This document shows, piece after piece, positions 1-8,256 of a stretch of 32,000 bases of DNA. The translations under genes were made by a program, and so were the position numbers. How positions within the stretch are numbered: position 1 is the stretch's first letter; each line of letters begins with the position of its first letter. The notes beneath the pieces are model-generated. The model was not told where the DNA came from. It saw only the letters and a list, made by a program, of their open reading frames with translations, and did no database searches. Source of the stretch: Xanthomonas campestris pv. campestris str. ATCC 33913 (lineage in GTDB: Bacteria; Pseudomonadota; Gammaproteobacteria; Xanthomonadales; Xanthomonadaceae); contig NC_003902.1 of assembly GCF_000007145.1 (NCBI RefSeq), positions 3,266,497 to 3,298,496 on the forward strand, written 5' to 3'.

Positions 1-1017
1 CTTGGCGTACTCGCGCGCCTGGTTGCGCGTGATCAGGCTGCGCTTGACCAGGTCCTGCAGATGCTGGTCAAGCGTCTGCATGCCGTATTGCTGGCCGGTC
101 TGGATCGAGGAATACATCTGCGCCACCTTGTCCTCGCGGATCAGGTTGCGGATGGCCGGGGTGCCGACCATGATTTCCCATGCTGCGGTACGCCCGCCGC
201 CCACTTTCTTGAGCAATGCCTGCGAAATCACCGCACGCAGCGATTCGGACAGCATCGAGCGCACCATCGGCTTTTCGCCGGCCGGGAACACGTCGATGAT
301 GCGGTCGATGGTCTTGGCCGCCGAGCTGGTGTGCAGGGTGCCGAACACCAGATGGCCGGTTTCCGCGGCGGTCAGTGCCAGGCGGATGGTTTCCAGATCG
401 CGCAACTCGCCGACCAGGATGATGTCCGGGTCTTCACGCAAGGCCGAACGCAGCGCCTCGTTGAAGCCGTGCGTGTCGCGGTGCACTTCGCGCTGGTTGA
501 TCAGGCACTTCTGCGAGGTGTGCACGAATTCGATCGGATCCTCGACGGTGAGGATGTGGCCGTATTCGTTCTTGTTGATGTAGTCGATCATGCCGGCAAG
601 CGTGGTCGACTTGCCCGACCCGGTCGGGCCGGTCACCAGGATCAGGCCCTGCGGCTGGTCGATCAACTGGCGAAAGATCGGCGGGCAGCCCAGGTCTTCC
701 AGGGTCAGCACTTCGGAGGGAATGGTACGGAACACCGCACCGGCGCCACGGTTCTGATTGAACGCATTGACGCGGAAACGCGCCAGCGACGGAATCTCGA
801 ACGAAAAGTCGACCTCGAGGAATTCCTCGTAATCGCGGCGCTGCTTGTCCGACATGATGTCGTAGACCAGCGCGTGCACCTGCTTATGGTCCAACGCCGG
901 AATATTGATGCGGCGGACATCGCCATCGACACGGATCATCGGCGGCAAGCCTGCAGACAGGTGCAAGTCCGATGCCTTGTTCTTGACAGAAAACGCCAAT
1001 AGTTCAGCGATATCCAT
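1..1017 (-). CDS. pilT: Type IV pilus retraction ATPase PilT; the C-terminal few codons lie beyond the window start
   Basis: This gene is not in the supplied ORF track because it runs off the window. My reverse-strand translation starts at the ATG complementary to 1015-1017 and reads MDIAELLAFSVKNKASDLHLSAGLPPMIRVDGDVRRI. It continues through LVTGPTGSGKSTTLA (Walker A) and DPDIILVGELRD (Walker B) to GTLHTSSAAKTIDRIIDVFP. The frame stays open for 339 codons down to position 1. The + strand ORF 61..1002 is its antisense shadow. Confidence 0.92.
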   Translation of the reverse strand, partial: MDIAELLAFSVKNKASDLHLSAGLPPMIRVDGDVRRINIPALDHKQVHALVYDIMSDKQRRDYEEFLEVDFSFEIPSLARFRVNAFNQNRGAGAVFRTIPSEVLTLEDLGCPPIFRQLIDQPQGLILVTGPTGSGKSTTLAGMIDYINKNEYGHILTVEDPIEFVHTSQKCLINQREVHRDTHGFNEALRSALREDPDIILVGELRDLETIRLALTAAETGHLVFGTLHTSSAAKTIDRIIDVFPAGEKPMVRSMLSESLRAVISQALLKKVGGGRTAAWEIMVGTPAIRNLIREDKVAQMYSSIQTGQQYGMQTLDQHLQDLVKRSLITRNQAREYAK

Positions 1018-1304
1018 GCGCTGCTTTTCCCCTAGGCTGCGATTGGAAGATACTCCCCGGCCGGCAGTATAGCGTTCTGGCAGCGCCCTGGAAGCGCGCC
1101 GTGCGTCGGTTCAGCCCGCCAGCATGAATGCCGATGGCCGGCGTTTCCGATGTCCGGGGCGGCGGTATCGTTTGCCGCAGCGCGCCTTTATCCACCCCAC
1201 CTCGCCGCGAGGAAGATCCGCCGCGCCCGGCGCGCACCGGCACAACTGGAAGGAAAGGCACGGGCGCGGCACTATGGCCGCCTTGCTTACCCGTTGGCTG
1301 ACCT

Positions 1305-1988
1305 GTGCCCGCTTCCTCGTTGCACCAGATGCTGGCCGCCATCCAGGCGGCAGCCCCTCCCAACGCCGCGCCCGCGCGCCTGCTGGCGGTGTCCAAGACC
1401 CAGCCGGCCGACGCCGTGGCCGGGTTAGCCGCGCAAGGCCAGCAGGCCTTCGGCGAGAACTATGTGCAGGAAGCGGCCACCAAGATCGCGCAGCTTCAAG
1501 CGCTGCAGCTGGAGTGGCACCTGATCGGCCACCTGCAATCCAACAAGGCCGACATGGCCAGCCAGTGTTTCGATTGGGTGCAGACCGTGGACCGCGCCAA
1601 GCTGATCGCACTGCTCGCCCGGCATCGCCCGGACGGCCGCGCGCCCTTGAATGTGCTGATCCAGGTCAATATCGACGATGAGGACAGCAAGCACGGCTGC
1701 GCGCCGGAGGCGATCGACGTCCTGGCCGCGGAGATTGCCACCCACCCCCCACTGCAGCTGCGCGGATTGATGGCGATTCCCGCGCCGTTTCCCGAGGTCA
1801 CGCGCCGGCACCAGGCATTCGCGCGCATGCAGGCCTTGTTCGCGACACTGCGCAGCCAGTATCCGCAGGCAGATACCTTGTCGATGGGCATGAGCGCGGA
1901 TTTCGCCGATGCCATTGCGGCCGGCGCCACCATGGTGCGCGTGGGCACGGCGCTATTTGGCCAGCGCAACGCGCCACCGGCCGCCTGA
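1305..1988 (+). CDS. yggS: YggS-family pyridoxal-phosphate homeostasis protein
   Basis: The 227-aa ORF contains LLAVSKTQP, FGENYVQE, WHLIGHLQSNK and SMGMSADF, which are typical of the YggS/PROSC family. The arrangement of pilT divergent from yggS-proC is the one I recall from pseudomonads. The start is GTG at 1305, with ATG at 1329 as an alternative. Confidence 0.85.
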   Translation: MPASSLHQMLAAIQAAAPPNAAPARLLAVSKTQPADAVAGLAAQGQQAFGENYVQEAATKIAQLQALQLEWHLIGHLQSNKADMASQCFDWVQTVDRAKLIALLARHRPDGRAPLNVLIQVNIDDEDSKHGCAPEAIDVLAAEIATHPPLQLRGLMAIPAPFPEVTRRHQAFARMQALFATLRSQYPQADTLSMGMSADFADAIAAGATMVRVGTALFGQRNAPPAA

Positions 1989-2028
1989 CACGTCGGCCGT
2001 TTCCTTCCTCCTTCTTGATGGTGCTGCA

Positions 2029-2889
2029 ATGACCCAGCCTTCCTCCTCCACAGCTGTGGCTGCACACGGCGATGTTCCGGTGGTTGCCTTTGTCGGTGGC
2101 GGCAACATGGCGCGCAGCCTGATCGCCGGGCTGCTGCGCCAGGGCGCGCCGGCCAGCGCCATCCGCGTCGCCGAGCCGGTCGCCGAACTGCGTCAGGCGC
2201 TGTCCGCTGACTTCGGCGTGCAAGTGTTCGACGACGCGCGCAGCGCCGTGGAGGGCGCCGCACTCTGGGTACTGGCGGTCAAGCCGCAGGTCATGTCCAC
2301 CGTGTGCACGCAGCTGGCCGATCTCGCGCAGCAACAGCATCCGCTGCTGCTGTCGATCGCCGCGGGCATCACCGCAACGCAACTGGAGCGCTGGTGCGGC
2401 GGCACGGCCGCCGTGGTGCGCGCCATGCCCAACACGCCGGCCCTGCTCGGCGCCGGCGTGACCGGCCTGTACGCCAATGCACGCGTCAGCGCGGCGCAGC
2501 GCACACAGGCAACCCGGCTGCTGGAAAGCGCTGGCGTCACCGTCTGGCTCGACGACGAGGCACAGATGGATGCGGTCACCGCGGTGTCCGGCAGCGGCCC
2601 GGCCTATGTCTTTCTGCTGGCCGAAGCGATGGAGGCCGCGGCGCGCGCGCAAGGCCTGCCCGCCGAGACCGCCCGCACGCTGGTGCTGCATACCCTGCTC
2701 GGCGCTGCACGCATGCTGACCGAATCCGGCGAAGCACCGGAGGTATTGCGCCGGCGCGTGACCTCCCCCAACGGCACCACGCAGGCCGCGATCGAGGAAT
2801 TCCAGGCCGGCGGTTTCGAAGCGTTGACCGCCACCGCGATTGCCGCGGCGACCGAACGCGGCCGCAGTTTGTCGGCAGCGAACGACTGA
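2029..2889 (+). CDS. proC: Pyrroline-5-carboxylate reductase
   Basis: I trimmed track ORF 1909..2889 to the ATG at 2029 (MTQPSS...). VAFVGGGNMARSLIAGL is a dinucleotide-binding motif. MPNTPALLGAGVTGL and VTSPNGTTQAAI are ProC signatures. Confidence 0.9.
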   Translation: MTQPSSSTAVAAHGDVPVVAFVGGGNMARSLIAGLLRQGAPASAIRVAEPVAELRQALSADFGVQVFDDARSAVEGAALWVLAVKPQVMSTVCTQLADLAQQQHPLLLSIAAGITATQLERWCGGTAAVVRAMPNTPALLGAGVTGLYANARVSAAQRTQATRLLESAGVTVWLDDEAQMDAVTAVSGSGPAYVFLLAEAMEAAARAQGLPAETARTLVLHTLLGAARMLTESGEAPEVLRRRVTSPNGTTQAAIEEFQAGGFEALTATAIAAATERGRSLSAAND

Positions 2890-3433
2890 TCCGCGGGAGC
2901 GATGCGTCGTCGCTGGCTGGCTGGATCGCTCGCTTGCCTGGAAACGCGCTATTCGGCGCATCGCTGTCCGAATGCGGAATGATGCGAGCCCCGGCTTCAT
3001 CGAATGCGCTTCGTTTGGCGCCTGCAATCGATTGGCAGGGAGCACGCACGCCATGCTTCGCCACATTGGCATGCGCCCTTTGCTCGACCACGGCGCCCTG
3101 GCTGGGTCGAGGCATGCCTTGCCAAGCGAACGCATTGATCGACATGCGCCTGCGCAGCAGCTGCCCAGATTGCGCCAATCCGCGATCCATGCCGCGTCAT
3201 CTTGACCTGCTGCTGTGCGTCAGACCGCGCGTAGCATCCCACGCCAAGCGAACCCACAGCGCTTTTTTCTCGTGTTTTTTGGCGTCCAGTGAACGAATGC
3301 CCGTGCCAGGTCGGTCTTTTCGTGTTGTTTCATCGATTCCCTATTGGCGGCGCGCGGCAGTTGCCCTACATTTCGCGTTGCCGACTGGGTCGGCAGACCC
3401 AAACACCACCAACGAATACGGAACACATAACTC

Positions 3434-3856
3434 ATGGCAAAAACCGCCGCTAAGAAGGCTGCCCCCAAGAAGGCAGTGAAAAAGGTCGCCGCCTCCAAGA
3501 CCGCAAAGCCGGCCAAGGCCGCTAGCAAGACCGCCGCGCCGAAGCCGATCAAGGAAGCCCTGAGCAAGACCGGCCTGGTCGCGCACATCGCCGAAACCAC
3601 CCAGCTGGCGCCGAAGGACGTCCGCGCCGTGCTGGCGTCGCTGGAAGCCACCGCGCACGCGTCGCTGAGCAAGAAGGGCGTCGGCTCGTTCGTCCTGCCG
3701 GGCATGCTGAAGATCACCTCGGTCAACGTGCCGGCCAAGCCGAAGCGCAAGGGCATCAACCCGTTCACCAAGGAAGAGCAGGTGTTTGCTGCCAGGCCTG
3801 CGACCTGCAAGCTGAAGGTCCGTGCGATGAAGCGTCTGAAGGACGCCGCGCTGTAA
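3434..3856 (+). CDS. HU/IHF-fold DNA-binding protein with an N-terminal histone-H1-like Lys/Ala/Pro-rich tail
   Basis: The ORF is 140 aa. Residues 1 to about 40 read MAKTAAKKAAPKKAVKKVAASKTAKPAKAASKTAAPKP, a low-complexity basic tail. The remainder aligns by eye to HU: LSKTGLVAHIAE..., GFGSF-like VGSFVLPGMLKI, the arm PKRKGINPFTKEE, and KVRAMKRLKDA. A strong terminator follows the gene. Confidence 0.85.
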   Translation: MAKTAAKKAAPKKAVKKVAASKTAKPAKAASKTAAPKPIKEALSKTGLVAHIAETTQLAPKDVRAVLASLEATAHASLSKKGVGSFVLPGMLKITSVNVPAKPKRKGINPFTKEEQVFAARPATCKLKVRAMKRLKDAAL

Positions 3857-3880
3857 TCGCGCTGCATCCGGTTTGATCGA

Positions 3881-3906
3881 GACGGCCTTAGGGCCGTCTT
3901 TTTTTT
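3881..3906 (+). terminator. Rho-independent terminator of the HU-like gene
   Basis: The stem is GACGGCC (3881-3887) paired with GGCCGTC (3892-3898). It has a 4-nt loop and is followed by T8 (3899-3906). Confidence 0.75.
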
Positions 3907-3912
3907 GCGCGT

Positions 3913-4590
3913 TTGCCACGTCTTCTCCGCCTCCTGACAGGCACACCACATCGCACTCATCGCCGCTGCCCTACCCTGGCGGTGAGTTCGCAACCAAGAG
4001 TGCCCGTGACCGCGCCATCGCCCACCCGCAGCCCAGCCAGACGCGTGCGCCACCTGCTGGTATCGATCGTGATGCTGTGCGCGCTGGGTGTTGCCGCGCG
4101 CTGGGCCTGGCTGTCACCGATGGCCGAACGCCTGCGCACCAGCTGGGAGTTATCGCAAATGCCGGCACCCACGCAGTTGCACATCCCGGTAGACGGTGTG
4201 CGTGGTCGCCAGATTGCCGACACCTTCGGCGCCCCACGCGGACGCGACCGCAGCCATGCCGGTGTCGATATCTTCGCGCCGCGCGGCACAGCGGTAGTGG
4301 CTGCCACCCGTGGCGTAGTCAGTTCCATTCGCGACACAGGGCTGGGTGGCAAACAGGTGTGGGTGCTTGGGCCGGCGATGGAACGGCACTACTACGCGCA
4401 CCTGGACGACTGGGCACCCGGACTGGCAGTCGGCGATGTGGTCGAGCCCGGCACTGCACTGGGCATGGTCGGCACCACCGGCAACGCGCGTGGTACGCCG
4501 CCGCATCTTCATTACGGGATCTATGGGCGCAACGGTGCGTACGATCCGTTGCCACTGCTCCGGCAACCCGCGCCACAGCAGGCACCCTGA
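3913..4590 (+). CDS. M23-family (LytM-type) metallopeptidase; start uncertain
   Basis: The motifs HAGVDIFAPRGT (HxxxD) and GTPPHLHYGIY (HxH) are present. The TTG at 3913 is simply the longest start. GTG at 4045 or ATG at 4072 would put the hydrophobic segment LLVSIVMLCALGVAARWAWL at the N-terminus and may be the real start. Confidence 0.75.
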   Translation: MPRLLRLLTGTPHRTHRRCPTLAVSSQPRVPVTAPSPTRSPARRVRHLLVSIVMLCALGVAARWAWLSPMAERLRTSWELSQMPAPTQLHIPVDGVRGRQIADTFGAPRGRDRSHAGVDIFAPRGTAVVAATRGVVSSIRDTGLGGKQVWVLGPAMERHYYAHLDDWAPGLAVGDVVEPGTALGMVGTTGNARGTPPHLHYGIYGRNGAYDPLPLLRQPAPQQAP

Positions 4591-4682
4591 GCGCGCTGGA
4601 ACACTGCGTCATGGCCCGGCCTATCGAGACCCTGCGCATGCGCGCCTATGGTGGAGCCAGCCCCACAGTGACGCGACCTTCC

Positions 4683-4991
4683 ATGTCCCGCAAACGCTAT
4701 CGCATTACGGTCACGCCCATCGAAAACGACGGCAGCCCCTGCCATGACCGCTGCACCATCGAGTTCGAACAGCGCTCGCGCGCGGACTGGATGCGGCTGT
4801 TCGAAGAGCTGCACCTGCGCCGCGACCTGAGCAGTGACGAGTGCGCCGCGCTCACCGTCGGTTCGCAATTGCTCGAGGACCTGGCGGCGCGCCCACGCGC
4901 GCGGCCCAGCAATGCCCTGGACGCGCTACGGCCGAAATTGCAGCTATTGCTGGAGCGCCTGCAACGCGTGCATCCCGCTGCCGGGCGCTGA
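4683..4991 (+). CDS. Small DUF3861-like protein
   Basis: This is the 3' portion of the 372-aa track ORF 3873..4991. From ATG 4683 it reads MSRKRYRITVTPIENDG...ECAALTVGSQLLEDL, which matches my recollection of DUF3861 proteins (RYRITV start, about 100 aa). ATG 4611 is an alternative start. The upstream part of the track ORF overlaps the M23 gene out of frame and I discounted it. Confidence 0.6.
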   Translation: MSRKRYRITVTPIENDGSPCHDRCTIEFEQRSRADWMRLFEELHLRRDLSSDECAALTVGSQLLEDLAARPRARPSNALDALRPKLQLLLERLQRVHPAAGR

Positions 4992-5044
4992 TCCGCGCGG
5001 TGCCAACTGCCGCTACACTGCGCCGATCGTGACGGGGAGCGGCG

Positions 5045-5584
5045 ATGCGCCAACTGATCAGTGTCTTTTCGCTACTGCTGCTGGCCGGCTGTAGCTGCCA
5101 GCGCACGCCCGAACCACAGGCCGCCAACGGCTCGCCTGCATCGGCGACTGTCGCCACAACTGCGGCATCGCCCGTGGCCAGCGAGCGTCCCGGCGCTGCA
5201 TCGACCGCCACCGATCCCAAACAGGCGCTTGCAAGTGCGAACTACGCGCAAGCAAGCGCAACCGTGCACCGTTATCTGGGCGCACTGCCCGGTGCTGCAC
5301 GTGCCGATGCGGATGCCCTGTGGACCGGCGGCCATCCCGCACCCGTGCCGGACGATGCGGTGCTGCGCAACATCGGGCAGATCATCAGCCTGCGCATCAA
5401 CAACGATCCGCCGATCGCGCTGGACCAACAGCACCCGCCGCGCTTGATCGAAGTGCCGGTGCAGCTGGCCGTGCGCACCACGACCGGCACCGAACGGCTG
5501 GTCGGTGCTTACCGTCTGCAGCCACGCGTTGGCAGCGACACCTGGGAAATCTATTCGGCCACCCTGCAGCCGGTGCTGCGTTAA
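5045..5584 (+). CDS. Hypothetical lipoprotein
   Basis: The N-terminus MRQLISVFSLLLLAGC carries a lipobox (LLAGC). A low-complexity Ala/Ser/Thr/Pro linker follows, then a globular C-terminal region. Codon usage is GC3-rich. I do not recognise a family. Confidence 0.65.
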   Translation: MRQLISVFSLLLLAGCSCQRTPEPQAANGSPASATVATTAASPVASERPGAASTATDPKQALASANYAQASATVHRYLGALPGAARADADALWTGGHPAPVPDDAVLRNIGQIISLRINNDPPIALDQQHPPRLIEVPVQLAVRTTTGTERLVGAYRLQPRVGSDTWEIYSATLQPVLR

Positions 5585-5794
5585 AGCCGCCGTCCACGCA
5601 ACTGGACATTCGTAGTCAGAAGTGGCGATACGCGAGATCCGCAGTCGACGCCCACAACACCGAAGCGCATTCGCTGCGAGCACCCCAACCACCGCGGCAC
5701 GCAGTGTCGTACTCATCCCGCCACACCGCAGCACGCTAACCCGTGGTTCACCGGCGCTGGCTAAGGTGATGCCATCCACCGCCGGAGTTGCCCG

Positions 5795-6391
5795 ATGAAA
5801 CTGCGTTTAGTTGCCGGATCCCTGCTTGCCCTCGCCCTGGCGATGCCACCGTCCGCAGCGTGGGCGGCGCCTCAAATCCAGGGGCGGCAGATCAGCGTGC
5901 AGGCCGCCGACGTGCAGCAGTACCTGGGCGGGCGCTTCCCGCAGACGCACGATGCGCTGGGTGGGCTGATCGAAATGACGGTCAGCAACCCGGCACTGTC
6001 GTTGCCACCTGGCGACCGCTTGAAGATGGCGTTCGACCTTGCATTGGCCACGGCCGGCGGCGCGCCGGCGCCGGTGGGCAACGTCACCTTGAGCAGCGCG
6101 CTGCGTTACGACACGGCAAAGCAGGGGTTTTATCTCGACCAGCCAACGGTCGATGATTTCCGCCCCGCCAACGCCGGTGCCAAGTTGGACAGCAGCACGC
6201 GCCAGTTGCTCAACGCGTGGTTGGCCGACTACGCACGCAAGGAGCCGATCTACAAGATCGATCCCGCCATTGCGGCCGTGATGGGCAATGTGCAGGTGGA
6301 GTCGGTGGCGATCCAGAACGGCCGGCTGGCGGTGAACTTCAACCAGGATATCGAGCAGCTGGTACCGGCCGGCGCCATGCCAGGCAAGTAA
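5795..6391 (+). CDS. DUF1439 (YceB-like) periplasmic protein
   Basis: The signal peptide is MKLRLVAGSLLALALAMPPSAAWA. The block LSSALRYDTAKQGFYLDQPTVDDF and the overall pattern resemble E. coli YceB / DUF1439. Confidence 0.7.
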   Translation: MKLRLVAGSLLALALAMPPSAAWAAPQIQGRQISVQAADVQQYLGGRFPQTHDALGGLIEMTVSNPALSLPPGDRLKMAFDLALATAGGAPAPVGNVTLSSALRYDTAKQGFYLDQPTVDDFRPANAGAKLDSSTRQLLNAWLADYARKEPIYKIDPAIAAVMGNVQVESVAIQNGRLAVNFNQDIEQLVPAGAMPGK

Positions 6392-6436
6392 CCGATCGGC
6401 GCTGCGAGCGCACCGCGCATCTGCCAACGTGAAATT

Positions 6437-6474
6437 AAAAGAGCCCGGCGCAGCGATGCACCGGGCTCTCTTTT
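6437..6474. terminator. Bidirectional rho-independent terminator between convergent genes
   Basis: The sequence is AAAA, GAGCCCGG (6441-6448), a 12-nt loop, CCGGGCTC (6461-6468), then TCTTTT. An A-run lies upstream and a T-run downstream, so it can terminate both the DUF1439 gene (+) and the PfpI gene (-). Confidence 0.7.
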
Positions 6475-6491
6475 ATAGCTGCTGCGTGACC

Positions 6492-7034
6492 TCAGGCAGC
6501 CAGTGCCTTGGCAACCGCATCGGTGAATGCAGGAATATCGTCCGGCTTGCGGCTGGTGATCAGCTGGCCATCCACTACCACCTCGGCATCCTCCCAGCGG
6601 CCGCCCGCGTTGCTCAGATCGGTCTTGACCGACGGCCACGACGTCACCTTGCGGTCGCGCACCAGCCCACTTTCCACCAGCAACCACGGCCCGTGGCAGA
6701 TTGCAGCCACCGGCTTGCCGCTGGCCGCAACGCTGCGGATGAAGTCAATCGCCTGCGCGTTGGTGCGCAGGTTGTCCGGGTTGATCACACCGCCTGGCAG
6801 CACGAGCGCGTCGTAGCGGTCGGGTTTGGCCTGCGCGAGGGGCGTGTCCACCGGCACGCTGTCGCCCCAGTCGGTGTGGTTCCAGCCACGGATCTGTGCA
6901 TCGTCGCCGGGCGCGATCACCTCGACGGTGGCGCCCCAGGATTCCAGCAAGCGCTTGGGCTCCTGCAGCTCGGATTGTTCGAAGCCACTGGTCGCGAGCA
7001 CGGCAACGGTCTTGCCGGAGAGCGAATGGGTCAT
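6492..7034 (-). CDS. DJ-1/PfpI-family type 1 glutamine amidotransferase-like protein (YhbO-like)
   Basis: I trimmed the track ORF to the ATG at 7034 (MTHSLSGKTVAVL...), which is preceded by a GAGGAG ribosome-binding site. The nucleophile elbow AAICHGPWLL and LVLPGG are present. Confidence 0.87.
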   Translation of the reverse strand: MTHSLSGKTVAVLATSGFEQSELQEPKRLLESWGATVEVIAPGDDAQIRGWNHTDWGDSVPVDTPLAQAKPDRYDALVLPGGVINPDNLRTNAQAIDFIRSVAASGKPVAAICHGPWLLVESGLVRDRKVTSWPSVKTDLSNAGGRWEDAEVVVDGQLITSRKPDDIPAFTDAVAKALAA

Positions 7035-7141
7035 GAGGAACTCCTCAATCTGCAAAGGAGCCTGCACCCTAGGAATGCGCGTGTTGCGCATCCGTGAACC
7101 GATGTGCGCGCCGCGTCATGCCGACCGCCGCGCGCCGTTGC

Positions 7142-7609
7142 TCAGCGCTTGGGCTGCAACATGGTGCCGGTGCAATTCTTCGAGCCGCAGCGGCATTCCC
7201 AGATCTTCTTCAAGCGCGGCGTGTGCCGCTCGCCCAGGGTGATGCCGTAGTTATAGGTCAACTCCTGGCCCGGCTTGATTGCGCGCTTGGCTTCGATGAA
7301 GACCTTGTCCTTGCTGCGGTCGTCGCCTTCAGCCTCTTCGATCACCGCTTCGCAATTGGGATTGCAGCTGTGGTTGATCCAGCGCGCGATGTTGCCTTCG
7401 TAGTTGGCGTCGAGCACGTAGTCATCGCTCAGCGTAAACAGAAAGGTGTGCCCGCTTTCCACATCGCCGGTGTCGTCGGCATCCACTTCGGCATGCGTCC
7501 GCAGGCGCCCCTTGTACTGGATGATGCGTTCGCCCTTGCTGAGCGCAGCGACGGCGAACACGCCATTGCCATGGATACGTGACTTGCGGGCGGCAACTTT
7601 GCGCGACAT
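7142..7609 (-). CDS. SET-domain protein-lysine N-methyltransferase with a post-SET Cys cluster
   Basis: The 155-aa ORF contains SRIHGNGVFA, ARWINHSCNPNC, GQELTYNYG and a terminal CRCGSKNC post-SET motif. Confidence 0.87.
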   Translation of the reverse strand: MSRKVAARKSRIHGNGVFAVAALSKGERIIQYKGRLRTHAEVDADDTGDVESGHTFLFTLSDDYVLDANYEGNIARWINHSCNPNCEAVIEEAEGDDRSKDKVFIEAKRAIKPGQELTYNYGITLGERHTPRLKKIWECRCGSKNCTGTMLQPKR

Positions 7610-7721
7610 GAAAGGGTCCGGTGATGGGGCCGCTCATTGTGACCGCAGCGCGCCCACGCGCCAAGCACAAGCGCACCGGCCACCGCAACGGGCTGGCCTT
7701 TCCGGCGGCTGAACCGCGCGG

Positions 7722-7750
7722 TTGGACTGAGCGGAGCAAAAGAGTACAAT
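7722..7750 (+). promoter_or_regulatory. Candidate sigma70 promoter of the suf operon
   Basis: TTGGAC (7722-7727), a 17-nt spacer, then TACAAT (7745-7750). It lies 33 nt upstream of the regulator ATG. This is pattern matching only. Confidence 0.4.
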
Positions 7751-7782
7751 TTCGGTCCGCTTTAGGGATTCACCGTCCTCGC

Positions 7783-8241
7783 ATGTTGCGCGTCACCAAA
7801 TTGACCGATTACGCCACCGTTGTCTTGACGGTGCTGGCTGCACGGAGCGACCAGGTGCTCAGCGCGAGCGAACTGGCCGAACAGGCCGGCCTGGAAGCGC
7901 CCACCGTCAGCAAGATCCTCAAGCCGTTGTCGCAGGCTGGCCTGGTGGAAGGATTGCGCGGCGTGCACGGCGGCTACCGGCTTGCACGTGCGGCCAGCGC
8001 GATCACCCTGGTGGAGATCGTCGAAGCCATGGAAGGGCCGCTGGCCATCACCGAATGCAGCCAGGACCACAGTCAATGCGGGATCGCCCACCAATGCGGT
8101 GTGCGCTCCAACTGGCGCCTGATCAACGATGTAGTGGGCGATGCCCTGCGTCGCGTGACCCTGGCGCAGATGCTGCACCCCCTCTCCCTCCCTGGCGACA
8201 ACCGTCGGCGTTCCATCGCCGCGCGCGTCGCGACCACCTGA
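7783..8241 (+). CDS. Rrf2/IscR-family transcriptional regulator heading the suf operon
   Basis: I trimmed track ORF 7621..8241 to the ATG at 7783 (MLRVTKLTDYATVVL...). There is a winged-helix N-terminus and a Cys cluster, CSQDHSQCGIAHQCG (C-x6-C-x5-C), like the Fe-S ligands of IscR. It sits immediately upstream of sufB. Confidence 0.87.
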   Translation: MLRVTKLTDYATVVLTVLAARSDQVLSASELAEQAGLEAPTVSKILKPLSQAGLVEGLRGVHGGYRLARAASAITLVEIVEAMEGPLAITECSQDHSQCGIAHQCGVRSNWRLINDVVGDALRRVTLAQMLHPLSLPGDNRRRSIAARVATT

Positions 8242-8256
8242 CCCAGTAGGCAGCCG

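Noticed and set aside
61-1002. A 313-aa plus-strand ORF at the window start.
   Set aside because: It is the antisense shadow of pilT. The minus-strand frame gives a textbook PilT sequence with Walker A and B motifs.
1075-1095. A sigma54-like TGGCAG...TGGAAGC sequence in the pilT / yggS divergent region.
   Set aside because: The -12 element (GC at the required 10-nt offset from the GG) is not present, so the match is superficial.
1798-3135. A 445-aa minus-strand ORF.
   Set aside because: It is antisense to proC and the yggS 3' end, and it has no recognisable motifs.
3220-3333. A 37-codon minus-strand frame (MKQHEKTDLARAFVHWTPKNTRKKRCGFAWRGMLRAV) at the tail of ORF 3220..4053.
   Set aside because: It is short and basic with no conservation evidence available. 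The rest of that track ORF is antisense to the HU-like gene.
3873-4682. The first 270 codons of the 372-aa ORF 3873..4991.
   Set aside because: This part overlaps the M23 peptidase gene in another frame and has no motifs. Only the terminal DUF3861-like part looks real.
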